From Deltaproteobacteria bacterium RIFCSPHIGHO2_02_FULL_40_28 (GTDB lineage: Bacteria > UBA10199 > 2-12-FULL-40-28): DNA of 64,000 nt. Made by a program: the position numbers and the translations under genes. Shown piece by piece: positions 19,488-28,966 of the stretch (the stretch's first letter is position 1; every line of letters begins with the position of its first letter). The notes beneath the pieces are model-generated. The model worked only from the letters and a program-made list of their open reading frames with translations, did not search any database and had not been told where the DNA came from. The stretch lies in the NCBI GenBank assembly GCA_001798135.1, contig MGRJ01000030.1, forward strand, positions 321-64,320, read 5' to 3'.

Positions 19488-21620
19488 ATGCGAGTTACAC
19501 AATTCAACATCATTTTGCTCAGTTTTTTAACTTTCATATCTATAGGATTTATTCAGTGTGGAGACTCTGCAGAAGATGGAGACTCAGAGACAGCTGTTCT
19601 TACCATTACAGGAAATTTAATGGCTCCACAAGCTGCAACAGAAAGTAGCTCTGTTTCTGCTCTTATTTCCACAGCAACAGTAGATGCAGCAGTAGCTGAA
19701 GATGAAACTGATGCTTTGGATAATCTACTCACAGCCACAGGTGAAGCTGAATGTAGTGTAGAATTATACACCATGGAAGGGCTTTTAGTTTGTAGTACAA
19801 CAACTGGTATAGCTGGAGAATATGTTTGTCCCATTTCCGATTTAAACGATATTCGTCCTACAGACGTTACAGATCCAACGGCTTCTTTTAGACCTCAACT
19901 AGTAGCAAGCATTGATTGTGGTGTAAAACATTATGAAACCTTCATTGGGGGTTCCGTCGACCCTGCTGGAGACTTAACAGCAGCCCTACAAGATAATGAA
20001 GTGACTGTAAAAACAACTCTGGCCATGCAAACCATGATGAGCCCAACTCCTATTGGTTTTACAAATTGGGGAATTGATTTTTCGGAAGTAATTCCCAACC
20101 CAGGGCAACGCTATCTGACTATTTTAGGTTTCTTTAAAGGTGGATCTTTAAACGCTGAAAACGAGTCTTTAGGCAAACAATTTGGGATTATGAATGCTCT
20201 CTTTACCAGTTTCTATGTTGGCCCTGACAAAGGAGACTATAGTGCGTTGGGCTTTGGCGACCCCTATGCAATGATAAGAGCTATGCTGCAAGGAGAACTG
20301 CCCAGTGACGTTGTGACACGCATGACTGGATTTCTCGGAGACAACATCAGTGGTTTTGATACTTCTATAATACACTCTACCTATTCGAGCGCTGCAAGTA
20401 ATCTGGCTTCAACCAGAGACCTTGCATACACCAACTTCATTGATGCCGGCTTTGCTACTGATGATATGCCCTCAGCAGAATTTTATGCATTAGGACGAAC
20501 TTTTACAAAAATGTCTGCAGATACAGCTATATCGGGGATGAGAGAGGGCGGTAGTACTACTTTTGAATTTATACATAACCTATACCGTACAGCTGCAGAC
20601 AAAGCTGCAACAATAGGTGCAGACGAACCAGTTAGATTTGATCAAGATATGGTATCAGGGCTTGTAGCGGGCTATGGAAGCAATCTTACGAGCCCCATGG
20701 CTAATAACCGGAAAGCTTTTCTAGAAACCATGTATAATAGTGCTAGTAACATTTCATGTAGTGGATTTACAAAATGTAGAAATCTGGGAGCAGCTTTCAA
20801 AGATGTGTATAACAGCCAAGGACTTGATTATTGCTCAACAGAGGCTTGCTATGAAGGTGTAGGCGCTTATGTCAAATCAACATCAACAGCAGGAACCGAC
20901 AATATTACGGGTTATTTTCCAGCAGACTCTAACTACTTAGAAAGTGGTGCCTTTACAAGTTGTGTTATGGCTCAAATAAGTGCAGGTCAACCAGCCATCA
21001 GTTGTATGGGATGGCTAAGTGGCTCGCAACAAAACCAATTGAGTACCTTTGTAGGTGGTGGTTCTGGCAATCCACTGTTAAAAGCAGATGGCCTATCTTG
21101 TACACTCGCTACCGAATGTCTCTCCAATACCTGCAGTGCAGGACTTTGTGGCGGTGCACAACAACAACAACAACAACAACCTCCACCACCACAACTAAAA
21201 GCAGATGGACAGGTTTGTGCACAACCTTCAGAATGCCTCTCCAATACCTGCAATGCAGGACTTTGTGGCGGACAACCACCACCACCTCCTCCACAAAGTA
21301 GCGTTACACTTCAGAACTGTGCGGGAGGATGCCAGGTTACCCTGTCTGGTAATGCTCCAGGTCCTGGTCAAACTCAGGGTTTTAATATCACCAATGCTGT
21401 AAGCTGTGCGGGATTACCTCAAAATGTTAACGTAACCTATGTGACTTCCCCACTTAAATACTCGGGAGCTAACAACCTGTTTGTAGCTAATTTTAGTGGT
21501 CCGCTCCAAAATCATCCCACTGATAACACACGCAAAATTCAACCGTGTAATGCTGTGCTCCAAGGACAGGGTTGTGGACAGTGCTCTATCAATGTTCCAG
21601 CACCTCCACCACCTCCATAA
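19488..21620 (+). CDS. Large hypothetical lipoprotein with Cys-rich tandem repeats and polyQ/polyP linkers
   Basis: Signal peptide with lipobox-like FIQC; repeated LKADGxxCxxxxECLSNTCxAGLCGG; Cys-rich C-terminus. Confidence 0.8.
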   Translation: MRVTQFNIILLSFLTFISIGFIQCGDSAEDGDSETAVLTITGNLMAPQAATESSSVSALISTATVDAAVAEDETDALDNLLTATGEAECSVELYTMEGLLVCSTTTGIAGEYVCPISDLNDIRPTDVTDPTASFRPQLVASIDCGVKHYETFIGGSVDPAGDLTAALQDNEVTVKTTLAMQTMMSPTPIGFTNWGIDFSEVIPNPGQRYLTILGFFKGGSLNAENESLGKQFGIMNALFTSFYVGPDKGDYSALGFGDPYAMIRAMLQGELPSDVVTRMTGFLGDNISGFDTSIIHSTYSSAASNLASTRDLAYTNFIDAGFATDDMPSAEFYALGRTFTKMSADTAISGMREGGSTTFEFIHNLYRTAADKAATIGADEPVRFDQDMVSGLVAGYGSNLTSPMANNRKAFLETMYNSASNISCSGFTKCRNLGAAFKDVYNSQGLDYCSTEACYEGVGAYVKSTSTAGTDNITGYFPADSNYLESGAFTSCVMAQISAGQPAISCMGWLSGSQQNQLSTFVGGGSGNPLLKADGLSCTLATECLSNTCSAGLCGGAQQQQQQQPPPPQLKADGQVCAQPSECLSNTCNAGLCGGQPPPPPPQSSVTLQNCAGGCQVTLSGNAPGPGQTQGFNITNAVSCAGLPQNVNVTYVTSPLKYSGANNLFVANFSGPLQNHPTDNTRKIQPCNAVLQGQGCGQCSINVPAPPPPP
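21078..21311 (+). repeat. 117-bp tandem intragenic repeat with (CAA)7 tract
   Basis: Units start at 21078 and 21195; CAA x7 at 21159..21179; right end approximate. Confidence 0.8.
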
Positions 21621-21641
21621 TAATTTCTAATCAACACCGAC

Positions 21642-21673
21642 AACCCGCCCTCTCGATGGGGGCGGGTTTTTTT
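21642..21673 (+). terminator. Intrinsic terminator
   Basis: AACCCGCCC...GGGCGGGTT followed by a T-tract. Confidence 0.8.
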
Positions 21674-21677
21674 ATGT

Positions 21678-22106
21678 CTACTCAACCCAAAGTTTGATTT
21701 TCTTCCCCATCGTAGGATCGTAAGGAGTATACCAGTACCAATAACTGTAAGTATGCTTAATGGTATCACGCACTCTCCAGCCACAAGCTTGGCTTTGAGC
21801 TTTAGAATAAAAATGAACATCGCGATTCAAAGCAAGCTTAAGCCCCTGACGATTATCATTTACTTTCTTACCAATGGCATTGAGGTCACAACCTGTTACA
21901 GAACCATCTGTATTACAGGTGCAGTTTTGGCCGGCTAAATATTTGTTAAGATCTTTAACAACGGCATCTTTGGCCACTGTCCCAGCAACGTCTTTTGTAA
22001 CAGATTCTGCTTGGGTTCCAGTAACATTGGGAATTGAAAAACTATGAGCCTTTTGGGCTATGACTGCTATTCCCAAAATGATCATAACAGCAATAAACTT
22101 CTTCAT
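21678..22106 (-). CDS. Small secreted hypothetical protein
   Basis: Sec signal MKKFIAVMIILGIAVIAQKAHS; four Cys. Confidence 0.7.
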   Translation of the reverse strand: MKKFIAVMIILGIAVIAQKAHSFSIPNVTGTQAESVTKDVAGTVAKDAVVKDLNKYLAGQNCTCNTDGSVTGCDLNAIGKKVNDNRQGLKLALNRDVHFYSKAQSQACGWRVRDTIKHTYSYWYWYTPYDPTMGKKIKLWVE

Positions 22107-22172
22107 AATATATCTTCTCCTTTTTTAGGTTTATGATATGTGGATAAAATTAAAACGTGAGAATATTACCAT

Positions 22173-22721
22173 ATGGCCTTAGTCGAATCCATCGATATTC
22201 CCTTAAAAACAAAAATTCCCTCATTTCATTTGCCCGATCCCAATGGGAAAAAAATAAGCTCCGATGATCTCTTTGGTGCAAAGGGTTTGCTCGTTGCTTT
22301 TACCTGTAATCATTGCCCCTATGCCATTGCCATTTGGCCCAGGCTTATCAAATTAGCAAGTGATATAAAAAATTTAGAAATCAATACCGTGGGGATTAAT
22401 CCAAACATTCATCCCGATTATCCCGAAGATGCCCCGGACAAAATGATTAAAAAAATAAAGGAATGGAACATCTCTTTTCCCTACTTAGTAGATGCTACGC
22501 AAGAAATTGCAAAAAAATTTCAAGCCCAATGCACACCCGATTTGTATCTTTTTGATGCACAACAAAAACTGGTTTATCATGGCAGGCTAGATGACAACTG
22601 GCAAAATGAAAGCAAAGTCACCAAACAAGAATTAAAAGAAGCTATTTCAAACTTAGCGAGTGGCAAACCCATCAATCCCGATCAACATCCATCCATGGGA
22701 TGCTCAATTAAATGGCAATAA
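22173..22721 (+). CDS. Thioredoxin-like (AhpC/TSA redoxin) protein
   Basis: FTCNHCPY, AQCTPDLY, YHGRLDD, SMGCSIKW. Confidence 0.9.
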   Translation: MALVESIDIPLKTKIPSFHLPDPNGKKISSDDLFGAKGLLVAFTCNHCPYAIAIWPRLIKLASDIKNLEINTVGINPNIHPDYPEDAPDKMIKKIKEWNISFPYLVDATQEIAKKFQAQCTPDLYLFDAQQKLVYHGRLDDNWQNESKVTKQELKEAISNLASGKPINPDQHPSMGCSIKWQ

Positions 22722-22755
22722 AAACGGGTCCTGTCATTGTGAAAGACCCGTTTTT
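22720..22755. terminator. Bidirectional terminator
   Basis: AAAAACGGGTC-N14-GACCCGTTTTT between convergent genes. Confidence 0.75.
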
Positions 22756-23941
22756 ATTGAGATAATAAATTGAGTCTCAAATGATTTATGGCAAGACTTG
22801 CCACAAGCACTTTAAACCATTCACGATTAAGTTTAAAACAATAATCATAACAAACAACATCATCTGGAGTGGCCAAAGCAATAAAAACTGTTCCAACGGG
22901 CTTATCCACCGTTCCCCCCGTAGGGCCTGCAATTCCGGTGACAGCTAATGCAAAATCCGTTTCAGCTTTTTTTTGCATCCCTAAAGCCATTTCACAAGCA
23001 CACTCAGAACTTACTGCCCCATAAGTTTGAAGAGTTTCATTTTTAACACCTAAAAAATCTTTTTTGATTTGATTATCATAGGCCACTACCCCACCCTTAA
23101 AATAACTACTTGAGCCAGAAATATTGGTAATGCGGCTAGCAATAAGCCCTCCCGTGCACGATTCTGCCACACTCAGTGTTTTTTTCTGAGAACTTAAAAG
23201 AAAACCAAGAACCGATTCCAGGCTTTCTTCCCCTTCTCCATAAATGGCTTTCCCAACCTTTTCTTTTAAAAAAGAAATCCCCTCTTCCAAAAATTTGTGC
23301 GCCTCTTTTTCTGTTTTTCCCCACGAAGAAAGTTTAATCAAAGTTTCAGGAAAATGAGCTCTAAATCCCACACGCACATTTCCAATTTCTGTTTTATCAT
23401 GATAAAAAGAACTTAAAGCATGATCAAGTTCGGCTTCGGCCATTCCAAAACAACGAAAAAGTTTACTTTTAAAAATTTTTTTCCCTTTTTTCTTGGCTAA
23501 AATCTCTGGCAAAATATTTTTTCCAAATAAAGCCTTCATCTCCTTGGGAACACCAGGTAAAAAATAAAAGGAAACTCCCTTAAATTTTAAGCCAATGCCC
23601 GGCGCTGTTCCCACAGGATTTAAATAAACCTTGGCCCCACTGGGAATAAGGGCTTGTTTTGATTTATTTTGTACTAATTTTTTATGGAAAGTTTTTGCAG
23701 CAATTTCAATTGTAAAATCATCTCCCGTAGGACCCAAACCACCAGTTACAATAACAACATCGGCCCTTCTGGCTGCTAAAAGCAAGGCCTGGCGGATGGT
23801 ATTGGGATCATCCCTTACTGCACTTTGATAATCTACAATCAAACCTTGGAGCCATAATGCTTCCGAAAGAAAGACAACATTGGTATTTACAATATCGCCA
23901 GAAAGGATTTCATCCCCAATGGTAATGATTTCCACTTTCAT
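22754..23941 (-). CDS. cinA: CinA (MoCF-like domain plus PncC NMN deamidase)
   Basis: IGDEILSG, TGGLGPTGDD, LPGVPKEM, AESCTGG, TGIAGPTGG. Confidence 0.95.
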   Translation of the reverse strand: MKVEIITIGDEILSGDIVNTNVVFLSEALWLQGLIVDYQSAVRDDPNTIRQALLLAARRADVVIVTGGLGPTGDDFTIEIAAKTFHKKLVQNKSKQALIPSGAKVYLNPVGTAPGIGLKFKGVSFYFLPGVPKEMKALFGKNILPEILAKKKGKKIFKSKLFRCFGMAEAELDHALSSFYHDKTEIGNVRVGFRAHFPETLIKLSSWGKTEKEAHKFLEEGISFLKEKVGKAIYGEGEESLESVLGFLLSSQKKTLSVAESCTGGLIASRITNISGSSSYFKGGVVAYDNQIKKDFLGVKNETLQTYGAVSSECACEMALGMQKKAETDFALAVTGIAGPTGGTVDKPVGTVFIALATPDDVVCYDYCFKLNREWFKVLVASLAINHLRLNLLSQ

Positions 23942-23963
23942 AACATTACCCCCTCCCCCGTGA

Positions 23964-25121
23964 TTATTTCTTCATCGCACCAATCAAAATACGGGCCACT
24001 TCAGGACGCGAAAACTCAACAGGAGGTTCAATGCCTGCCACTAACATTTCACGAACTTTGGTTCCTGAAAGAGCAATGTGTTCTTCTTTAGAGTGAGGAC
24101 AAGTTTTAGCAGAAACCATGCCCTGACATTTTTTACAAAACATGGTGTGTTCAAAAAAGAAAGGCTCAATTCCAAGCTTGATTGGGTCAAAATTTGAAAA
24201 AATAAGCTGGGCATCGTAAGTGCCATAATAATTTCCCACACCTGCATGATCACGTCCTACAATAAAATGCGTGCACCCATAATTTTTTCGAACAAGCGCG
24301 TGAAAAATTGCTTCACGTGGACCTGCATAACGCATGGCTGCTGGAAAAGCTGATATCATCGTGCGCTTAGAAGGATAATAATTGGCAAGCAACACCTCAT
24401 AACATTTCATACGCACATCTACCGGCACATCATCTGACTTGGTAGCCCCCACTAAAGGATGAACAAGCAAACCATCCACTAATTCAAGAGCACATTTTTG
24501 GATGTACTCGTGAGCTCTATGGATGGGATTACGAGTTTGAAAACCCACAATGGTTTTCCATCCCTTTTCCTTAAAAATTTGCCTCAGTTCTTTGGGATCC
24601 TTTCGATAAGAAACAAAATCAGAATATTTTACACGATTCACCACACGCACGGGTCCTGCTAAATTAACATCCCCCTGGCTCATCATGGAGGCAACTCCTG
24701 GATGAGCCACCTCTGTTGTTTTATAAACTTCTTTGGCTTCTGTTTCTTTGTTGTAATCGTATTTTTCTTCTACCTTACAAAGCCCTAAAATAGTTCCATC
24801 TCCATCACAAAGACTTACCTCATCCCCTACTTTAACTTTATCCGCTATATCATTAGAAACAGAAAGAGTAATAGGCAAAGACCAGGGTAGCCCATTCGCT
24901 AAATGCATGGTTTTAACCACACTATTGTAATCTTTAGAGTTCATGAAACCTTTTAAAGGGCTAAGTGCCCCGCAGGCCATCATGTCTAAATCGGATAATT
25001 GTTTTTCATTTAAAACAACCTTGGTTAATCCTTTAGCCTTAGCTAAAAGTTCATCTCTTTCTTTTCCACTCACAACAAGATTAATAAGTTCTCCACCATG
25101 AGGTGCAATTTGATCCTGCAT
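23964..25121 (-). CDS. sat: Sulfate adenylyltransferase
   Basis: [45 protein letters not shown]. Confidence 0.97.
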   Translation of the reverse strand: MQDQIAPHGGELINLVVSGKERDELLAKAKGLTKVVLNEKQLSDLDMMACGALSPLKGFMNSKDYNSVVKTMHLANGLPWSLPITLSVSNDIADKVKVGDEVSLCDGDGTILGLCKVEEKYDYNKETEAKEVYKTTEVAHPGVASMMSQGDVNLAGPVRVVNRVKYSDFVSYRKDPKELRQIFKEKGWKTIVGFQTRNPIHRAHEYIQKCALELVDGLLVHPLVGATKSDDVPVDVRMKCYEVLLANYYPSKRTMISAFPAAMRYAGPREAIFHALVRKNYGCTHFIVGRDHAGVGNYYGTYDAQLIFSNFDPIKLGIEPFFFEHTMFCKKCQGMVSAKTCPHSKEEHIALSGTKVREMLVAGIEPPVEFSRPEVARILIGAMKK

Positions 25122-25164
25122 ATTTCTCCTTTTATGGGGCTGCTGAAAAATGCCCCAAAAAATT

Positions 25165-25551
25165 TTAAATCCGATATACCTTCATTTCACAAACGAAGCG
25201 CATCCTTAACCCATCTAGCTCGGATCCTTCAAATAGTTTTTTAAAAAATCCCTTCTGCTTTTCTAGAAAAACAATAACAGCGCTCTCGCCTTCTTTACTT
25301 AAGTCTTCACAAGCTTTAAGATAATCTCCCATCATCAAGCGAGAATCATAACCTACCTGAAAAGTTCGGGCTTGTTTTTCAAAATCTTCCAGGTATTTTT
25401 TTCCATCAGATTCATCCTGATGAACCACATAGACAGCCCGAACTTTTTTGTGGGTTTCTTTGGCATGATGAAAGGCCCAATGCATGGCCTCTTGGGATTT
25501 ACGTTCTTTTGAAACAGCTAACACAACAACTTTTTCTTTAACTTCCTCCAT
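25165..25551 (-). CDS. Universal-stress-protein-like domain
   Basis: [26 protein letters not shown] pattern. Confidence 0.55.
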   Translation of the reverse strand: MEEVKEKVVVLAVSKERKSQEAMHWAFHHAKETHKKVRAVYVVHQDESDGKKYLEDFEKQARTFQVGYDSRLMMGDYLKACEDLSKEGESAVIVFLEKQKGFFKKLFEGSELDGLRMRFVCEMKVYRI

Positions 25552-25827
25552 TCATCCCCCAGCAATGGCAGGAACAATACTTAATTCATCACCATCTTTC
25601 ACAGAAGTTTGCTCTCCTTTTAAGAAACGAATATCTTCATCGTTTACATAAAAATTAATAAAGCGACGAAGCTGTCCTTTTTCATCATAAAGGCGTTCTT
25701 TTAAACCCTTAAATTTGCCTTCTAAAGACGCTAAAACCTCAGCCACTGTTTTACCTGTTACCTCCACTTCTGACTGGTTTTGAGTTAAAGCCTGAAGAGG
25801 AGTGGGTATTCTTACTTTGATTGACAT
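25552..25827 (-). CDS. ThiS/MoaD/CysO-like ubiquitin-fold sulfur carrier
   Basis: VRIPTPL, FINFYVNDEDIRFL, C-terminal AIAGG. Confidence 0.92.
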   Translation of the reverse strand: MSIKVRIPTPLQALTQNQSEVEVTGKTVAEVLASLEGKFKGLKERLYDEKGQLRRFINFYVNDEDIRFLKGEQTSVKDGDELSIVPAIAGG

Positions 25828-25838
25828 ATGTTTCCTTT

Positions 25839-26306
25839 CTATAAAATTTTTTTCTCAATAAAATTTTTTTGATCACTATTCCACAAAAATTCTGATGCCT
25901 CTTTAACACGGCCATTATAAACTGAAACCACAATATAGGATAATTGTGGAAACAAAGGCTCTCCCCAGGGAGCTGCCATCCCCTTATCTTCATCAGAAAA
26001 ATAAACTCCATGCTCGGGATGAGAATGATAAATGGATAGAATTTCATGCCCTTTTTTCTTTGCTAATTCTTCTGCCTCTTGCATCTCTTTAGGATCAATG
26101 GAGTATGCTGTTTTAGCATCTCGCGTGTAACGTTTGGGATCCTGGGCATGCAGTTTATTTTGGATATTGCTACAGTTCCGTATAACCTGTGCACAACGTC
26201 TGCCTTCCTTAACAGAACCCAAGACAAAACCACAAGCTTCGTGGGGATAACCCTGGTGGCAGTATGCGAAAATTTCATCTAATAATTGTTGGGAAATAAT
26301 TAACAT
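25839..26306 (-). CDS. JAB/Mov34 metallopeptidase (Mec-like)
   Basis: YPHEACGF and YHSHP..S.ED JAMM motif. Confidence 0.9.
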   Translation of the reverse strand: MLIISQQLLDEIFAYCHQGYPHEACGFVLGSVKEGRRCAQVIRNCSNIQNKLHAQDPKRYTRDAKTAYSIDPKEMQEAEELAKKKGHEILSIYHSHPEHGVYFSDEDKGMAAPWGEPLFPQLSYIVVSVYNGRVKEASEFLWNSDQKNFIEKKIL

Positions 26307-26321
26307 ACTTACCAAGCAATG

Positions 26322-26430
26322 GTCATCCCTCCATCATTTGTCATCCCTGCGAAGGCAGGGATCCATCTTAAAATCCAAAAATGGATTCCCGCCGGAGTTT
26401 ACCCTCGCGAAGGCGGGGGCGGGAATGACA
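26322..26430. repeat. GTCAT/dRS3-like REP doublet
   Basis: GTCATCCCTGCGAAGGCAGGGATCCA...TGGATTCCCGCC...GGCGGGAATGAC. Confidence 0.85.
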
Positions 26431-26440
26431 GAGGGATACA

Positions 26441-27340
26441 TTACCACTTCATCCCTTCAAAATAACGATCTCCATGATCTGAAAAAACAGTTACCACAAC
26501 ACCTGCTTTAAGCCTTTTGGCTACTTCCATCGAAGCAACCATAGCGGCCCCAGAAGAATACCCCACAATCAGTCCCTCTTCTTTTCCTAATCTTTCAGCC
26601 ATATCATAAGCAGGCTCAGTTTCAATCCACATCACTTCATCTAAATTTTTTTCGTGATAAATGCCTGGAACAATGGAAGTAGGCATGTGCTTTAAACCCT
26701 CCAATCCATGCATGGCATGGGCGGGCTGGGCCCCAATACAAACAATGTGAGAATTATGTTCCTTTAATCTACGGGTAATTCCCATCACTGTTCCAGAAGT
26801 GCCCATGGTAGCCACAAAGTGGGTAATAGCCCCCTTGGTTTGCTGAAGGATTTCAACTCCCGTTGTTTCATAATGAGCTTCGGAATTATCGGGATTATTG
26901 TATTGATCGGGCATAAAGTATTTGCCCGGATTTTCTTGATAAATCTTGTGTGCAAGACGGATGGCGCCATCGGATCCTTCCATTTCGCTACTAAAAGTAA
27001 TGCTGGCTCCAAAGGTTTTAGCAATATCTTTGCGTTGTTGTGAAGCATTGGCCGGCATTACCAACTCTACTCTATACCCTAAAACAGCACCCACCATGGC
27101 ATAGGCTACTCCTGTGTTTCCAGAAGTGGGATCCATAATAATTTTATCTTGAGTTAATTTTTCTTGGGCAATTGCTTTTTTTATCATCCAGTAGGCAGGA
27201 CGATCTTTAACCGAACCTCCAGGATTAAAATATTCGAGTTTGGCGTACACAGACACTTGTTGAGAAAGCTCTTTGGTAACCTCACGAATTTTAACGAGGG
27301 GGGTATTTCCAATTTTTTCCAGAATCGAATTTAAAATCAT
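26441..27340 (-). CDS. cysM: PLP cysteine synthase, CysM-like
   Basis: NPGGSVKDR, TSGNTG, DQYNNP, GTSGT, DHGDRY. Confidence 0.88.
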   Translation of the reverse strand: MILNSILEKIGNTPLVKIREVTKELSQQVSVYAKLEYFNPGGSVKDRPAYWMIKKAIAQEKLTQDKIIMDPTSGNTGVAYAMVGAVLGYRVELVMPANASQQRKDIAKTFGASITFSSEMEGSDGAIRLAHKIYQENPGKYFMPDQYNNPDNSEAHYETTGVEILQQTKGAITHFVATMGTSGTVMGITRRLKEHNSHIVCIGAQPAHAMHGLEGLKHMPTSIVPGIYHEKNLDEVMWIETEPAYDMAERLGKEEGLIVGYSSGAAMVASMEVAKRLKAGVVVTVFSDHGDRYFEGMKW

Positions 27341-27369
27341 AACTTTAGATGAAACTGCGGGTGGATTAT

Positions 27370-27455
27370 GTCATCCCGGCATCATTTGTCATCCCTGCGA
27401 AGGCAGGGATCCATCTTTGAATTTAAGATAGATTCCCGCCTTCGCGGGAATGACA
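27370..27455. repeat. GTCAT/dRS3-like REP doublet
   Basis: Shares an identical 38-bp stretch (27380..27417) with 26332..26369. Confidence 0.85.
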
Positions 27456-27458
27456 GTT

Positions 27459-27710
27459 TTACCCCTCAATTACACTCATTTCGATAGGTTCCACTTTGAG
27501 TCCACGGCTTTGAAAAAATTTCATGGCTTGAGTTACCTTCTCATCCGGCCCTTCCAGCTCAACAGCCATTAAGCCAACCGTTTCATTAACCGAGGCCGAA
27601 CGAATGTTAAATTTTACTTTAAATTGATCATACATATCGCAAATAATGGCCTCTGTTACTTGTTTCTCCGGAAAAGTAAGATAAACTTTTCTTTTCACTA
27701 TTTTACTCAT
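27459..27710 (-). CDS. Stand-alone NIL-domain protein
   Basis: VYLTFPE..IICDMYDQFKVKFNIRSASV..GLMAVELEG pattern. Confidence 0.75.
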   Translation of the reverse strand: MSKIVKRKVYLTFPEKQVTEAIICDMYDQFKVKFNIRSASVNETVGLMAVELEGPDEKVTQAMKFFQSRGLKVEPIEMSVIEG

Positions 27711-27724
27711 GGTGTTTCCTTTCT

Positions 27725-28963
27725 TTAAGATTTTTTATTCGCTTCATACAATTCTTCAAATGCTTTTAAACTAGGTTGAATAATGGGCGGCTTATCTAGC
27801 TTATGAACTACAGCCTCTTGGGTTTTAAGACCATTCCCTGTAATGCAAATTACTAACGATTCATCTAACGGGATACGCCCATCCTTGATTAATTTTTGAG
27901 CACATCCCAAAGTAACCCCTCCGGCTGTTTCAGCAAACACACCTTCGGTTTCAGCTAACAATCGAATGGCATCAATAATTTCATCATCACTTACATCTTC
28001 ACTCCATCCCCCCGTTTGTTTAATAGCCTTGGCTGCATAATAACCATCAGCTGGATTTCCAATAGCTAAAGATTTGGCAATGGTATTGGGTTTAACGGGT
28101 TTAAAAAAATCCTGATTTTCTTTTACACAAGTAGAAATGGGGGCACACCCAGTAGCTTGAGCCCCATACATTTTTGTACTGGAAGAAGAAATAAATCCCA
28201 ATTGTTCTAATTCATAAAAAGATTTGTGAATTTTGGTTAACAGCGAACCACTGGCCATGGGCACAACGATATGTTGCGGAATTTTCCATCCTAGTTGTTC
28301 GGCAATTTCATAGCCCATGGATTTAGAACCCTCTGCATAAAAAGCTCTCATGTTGATATTGACAAAAGCCCAATTATATTTACCGGCAATTTCACTGCAC
28401 AAGCGATTTACTTCATCATAGGTGCCCTTAATTCCCACCAAATTAGTTCCATAAATCATGGTACCTAAAACTTTAGTGGCTTCTAAATCGTAGGGAATAA
28501 AAACAAAACTATGCAAATCAGCGGCGGCAGCCAAGGCTGCAACCGAATTAGCTAAATTGCCTGTAGATGCACAGGCCACTACCTTAAAACCAAACTCACG
28601 AGCTTTAGAGAGAGCCACCGAAACCACACGATCTTTAAAAGACAGAGTAGGATAATTAACAGCATCGTTTTTGATATAAAGCTCTTTGATTCCTAAAACT
28701 TTTGCTAAACGATCTGCTCTCCGAAGAGGAGTAAAGCCCACTTGACGTCCTACAGTTGGCTCACCATCAATGGGCAAAAGTTCTCGGTAACGCCACATAT
28801 TAGGTGCACGACTTTGAATTTTATTTTTGGTTAAATCCTTGCCAATTTTTTCATAATCATAAACAACCTCCAAGGGACCAAAACAAAGTTCGCACACATG
28901 GATGGGCGCCTTTTCTCTTTCTTTGCCACACTCACGACATTTTAAACCAGACACATACGACAT
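27725..28963 (-). CDS. thrC: Threonine-synthase-like PLP enzyme
   Basis: N-terminal CREC..CELC, PTLSFKDR, CASTGNLANS, SLAIGNP, ITGNGLK. Confidence 0.8.
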   Translation of the reverse strand: MSYVSGLKCRECGKEREKAPIHVCELCFGPLEVVYDYEKIGKDLTKNKIQSRAPNMWRYRELLPIDGEPTVGRQVGFTPLRRADRLAKVLGIKELYIKNDAVNYPTLSFKDRVVSVALSKAREFGFKVVACASTGNLANSVAALAAAADLHSFVFIPYDLEATKVLGTMIYGTNLVGIKGTYDEVNRLCSEIAGKYNWAFVNINMRAFYAEGSKSMGYEIAEQLGWKIPQHIVVPMASGSLLTKIHKSFYELEQLGFISSSSTKMYGAQATGCAPISTCVKENQDFFKPVKPNTIAKSLAIGNPADGYYAAKAIKQTGGWSEDVSDDEIIDAIRLLAETEGVFAETAGGVTLGCAQKLIKDGRIPLDESLVICITGNGLKTQEAVVHKLDKPPIIQPSLKAFEELYEANKKS

Positions 28964-28966
28964 AAC

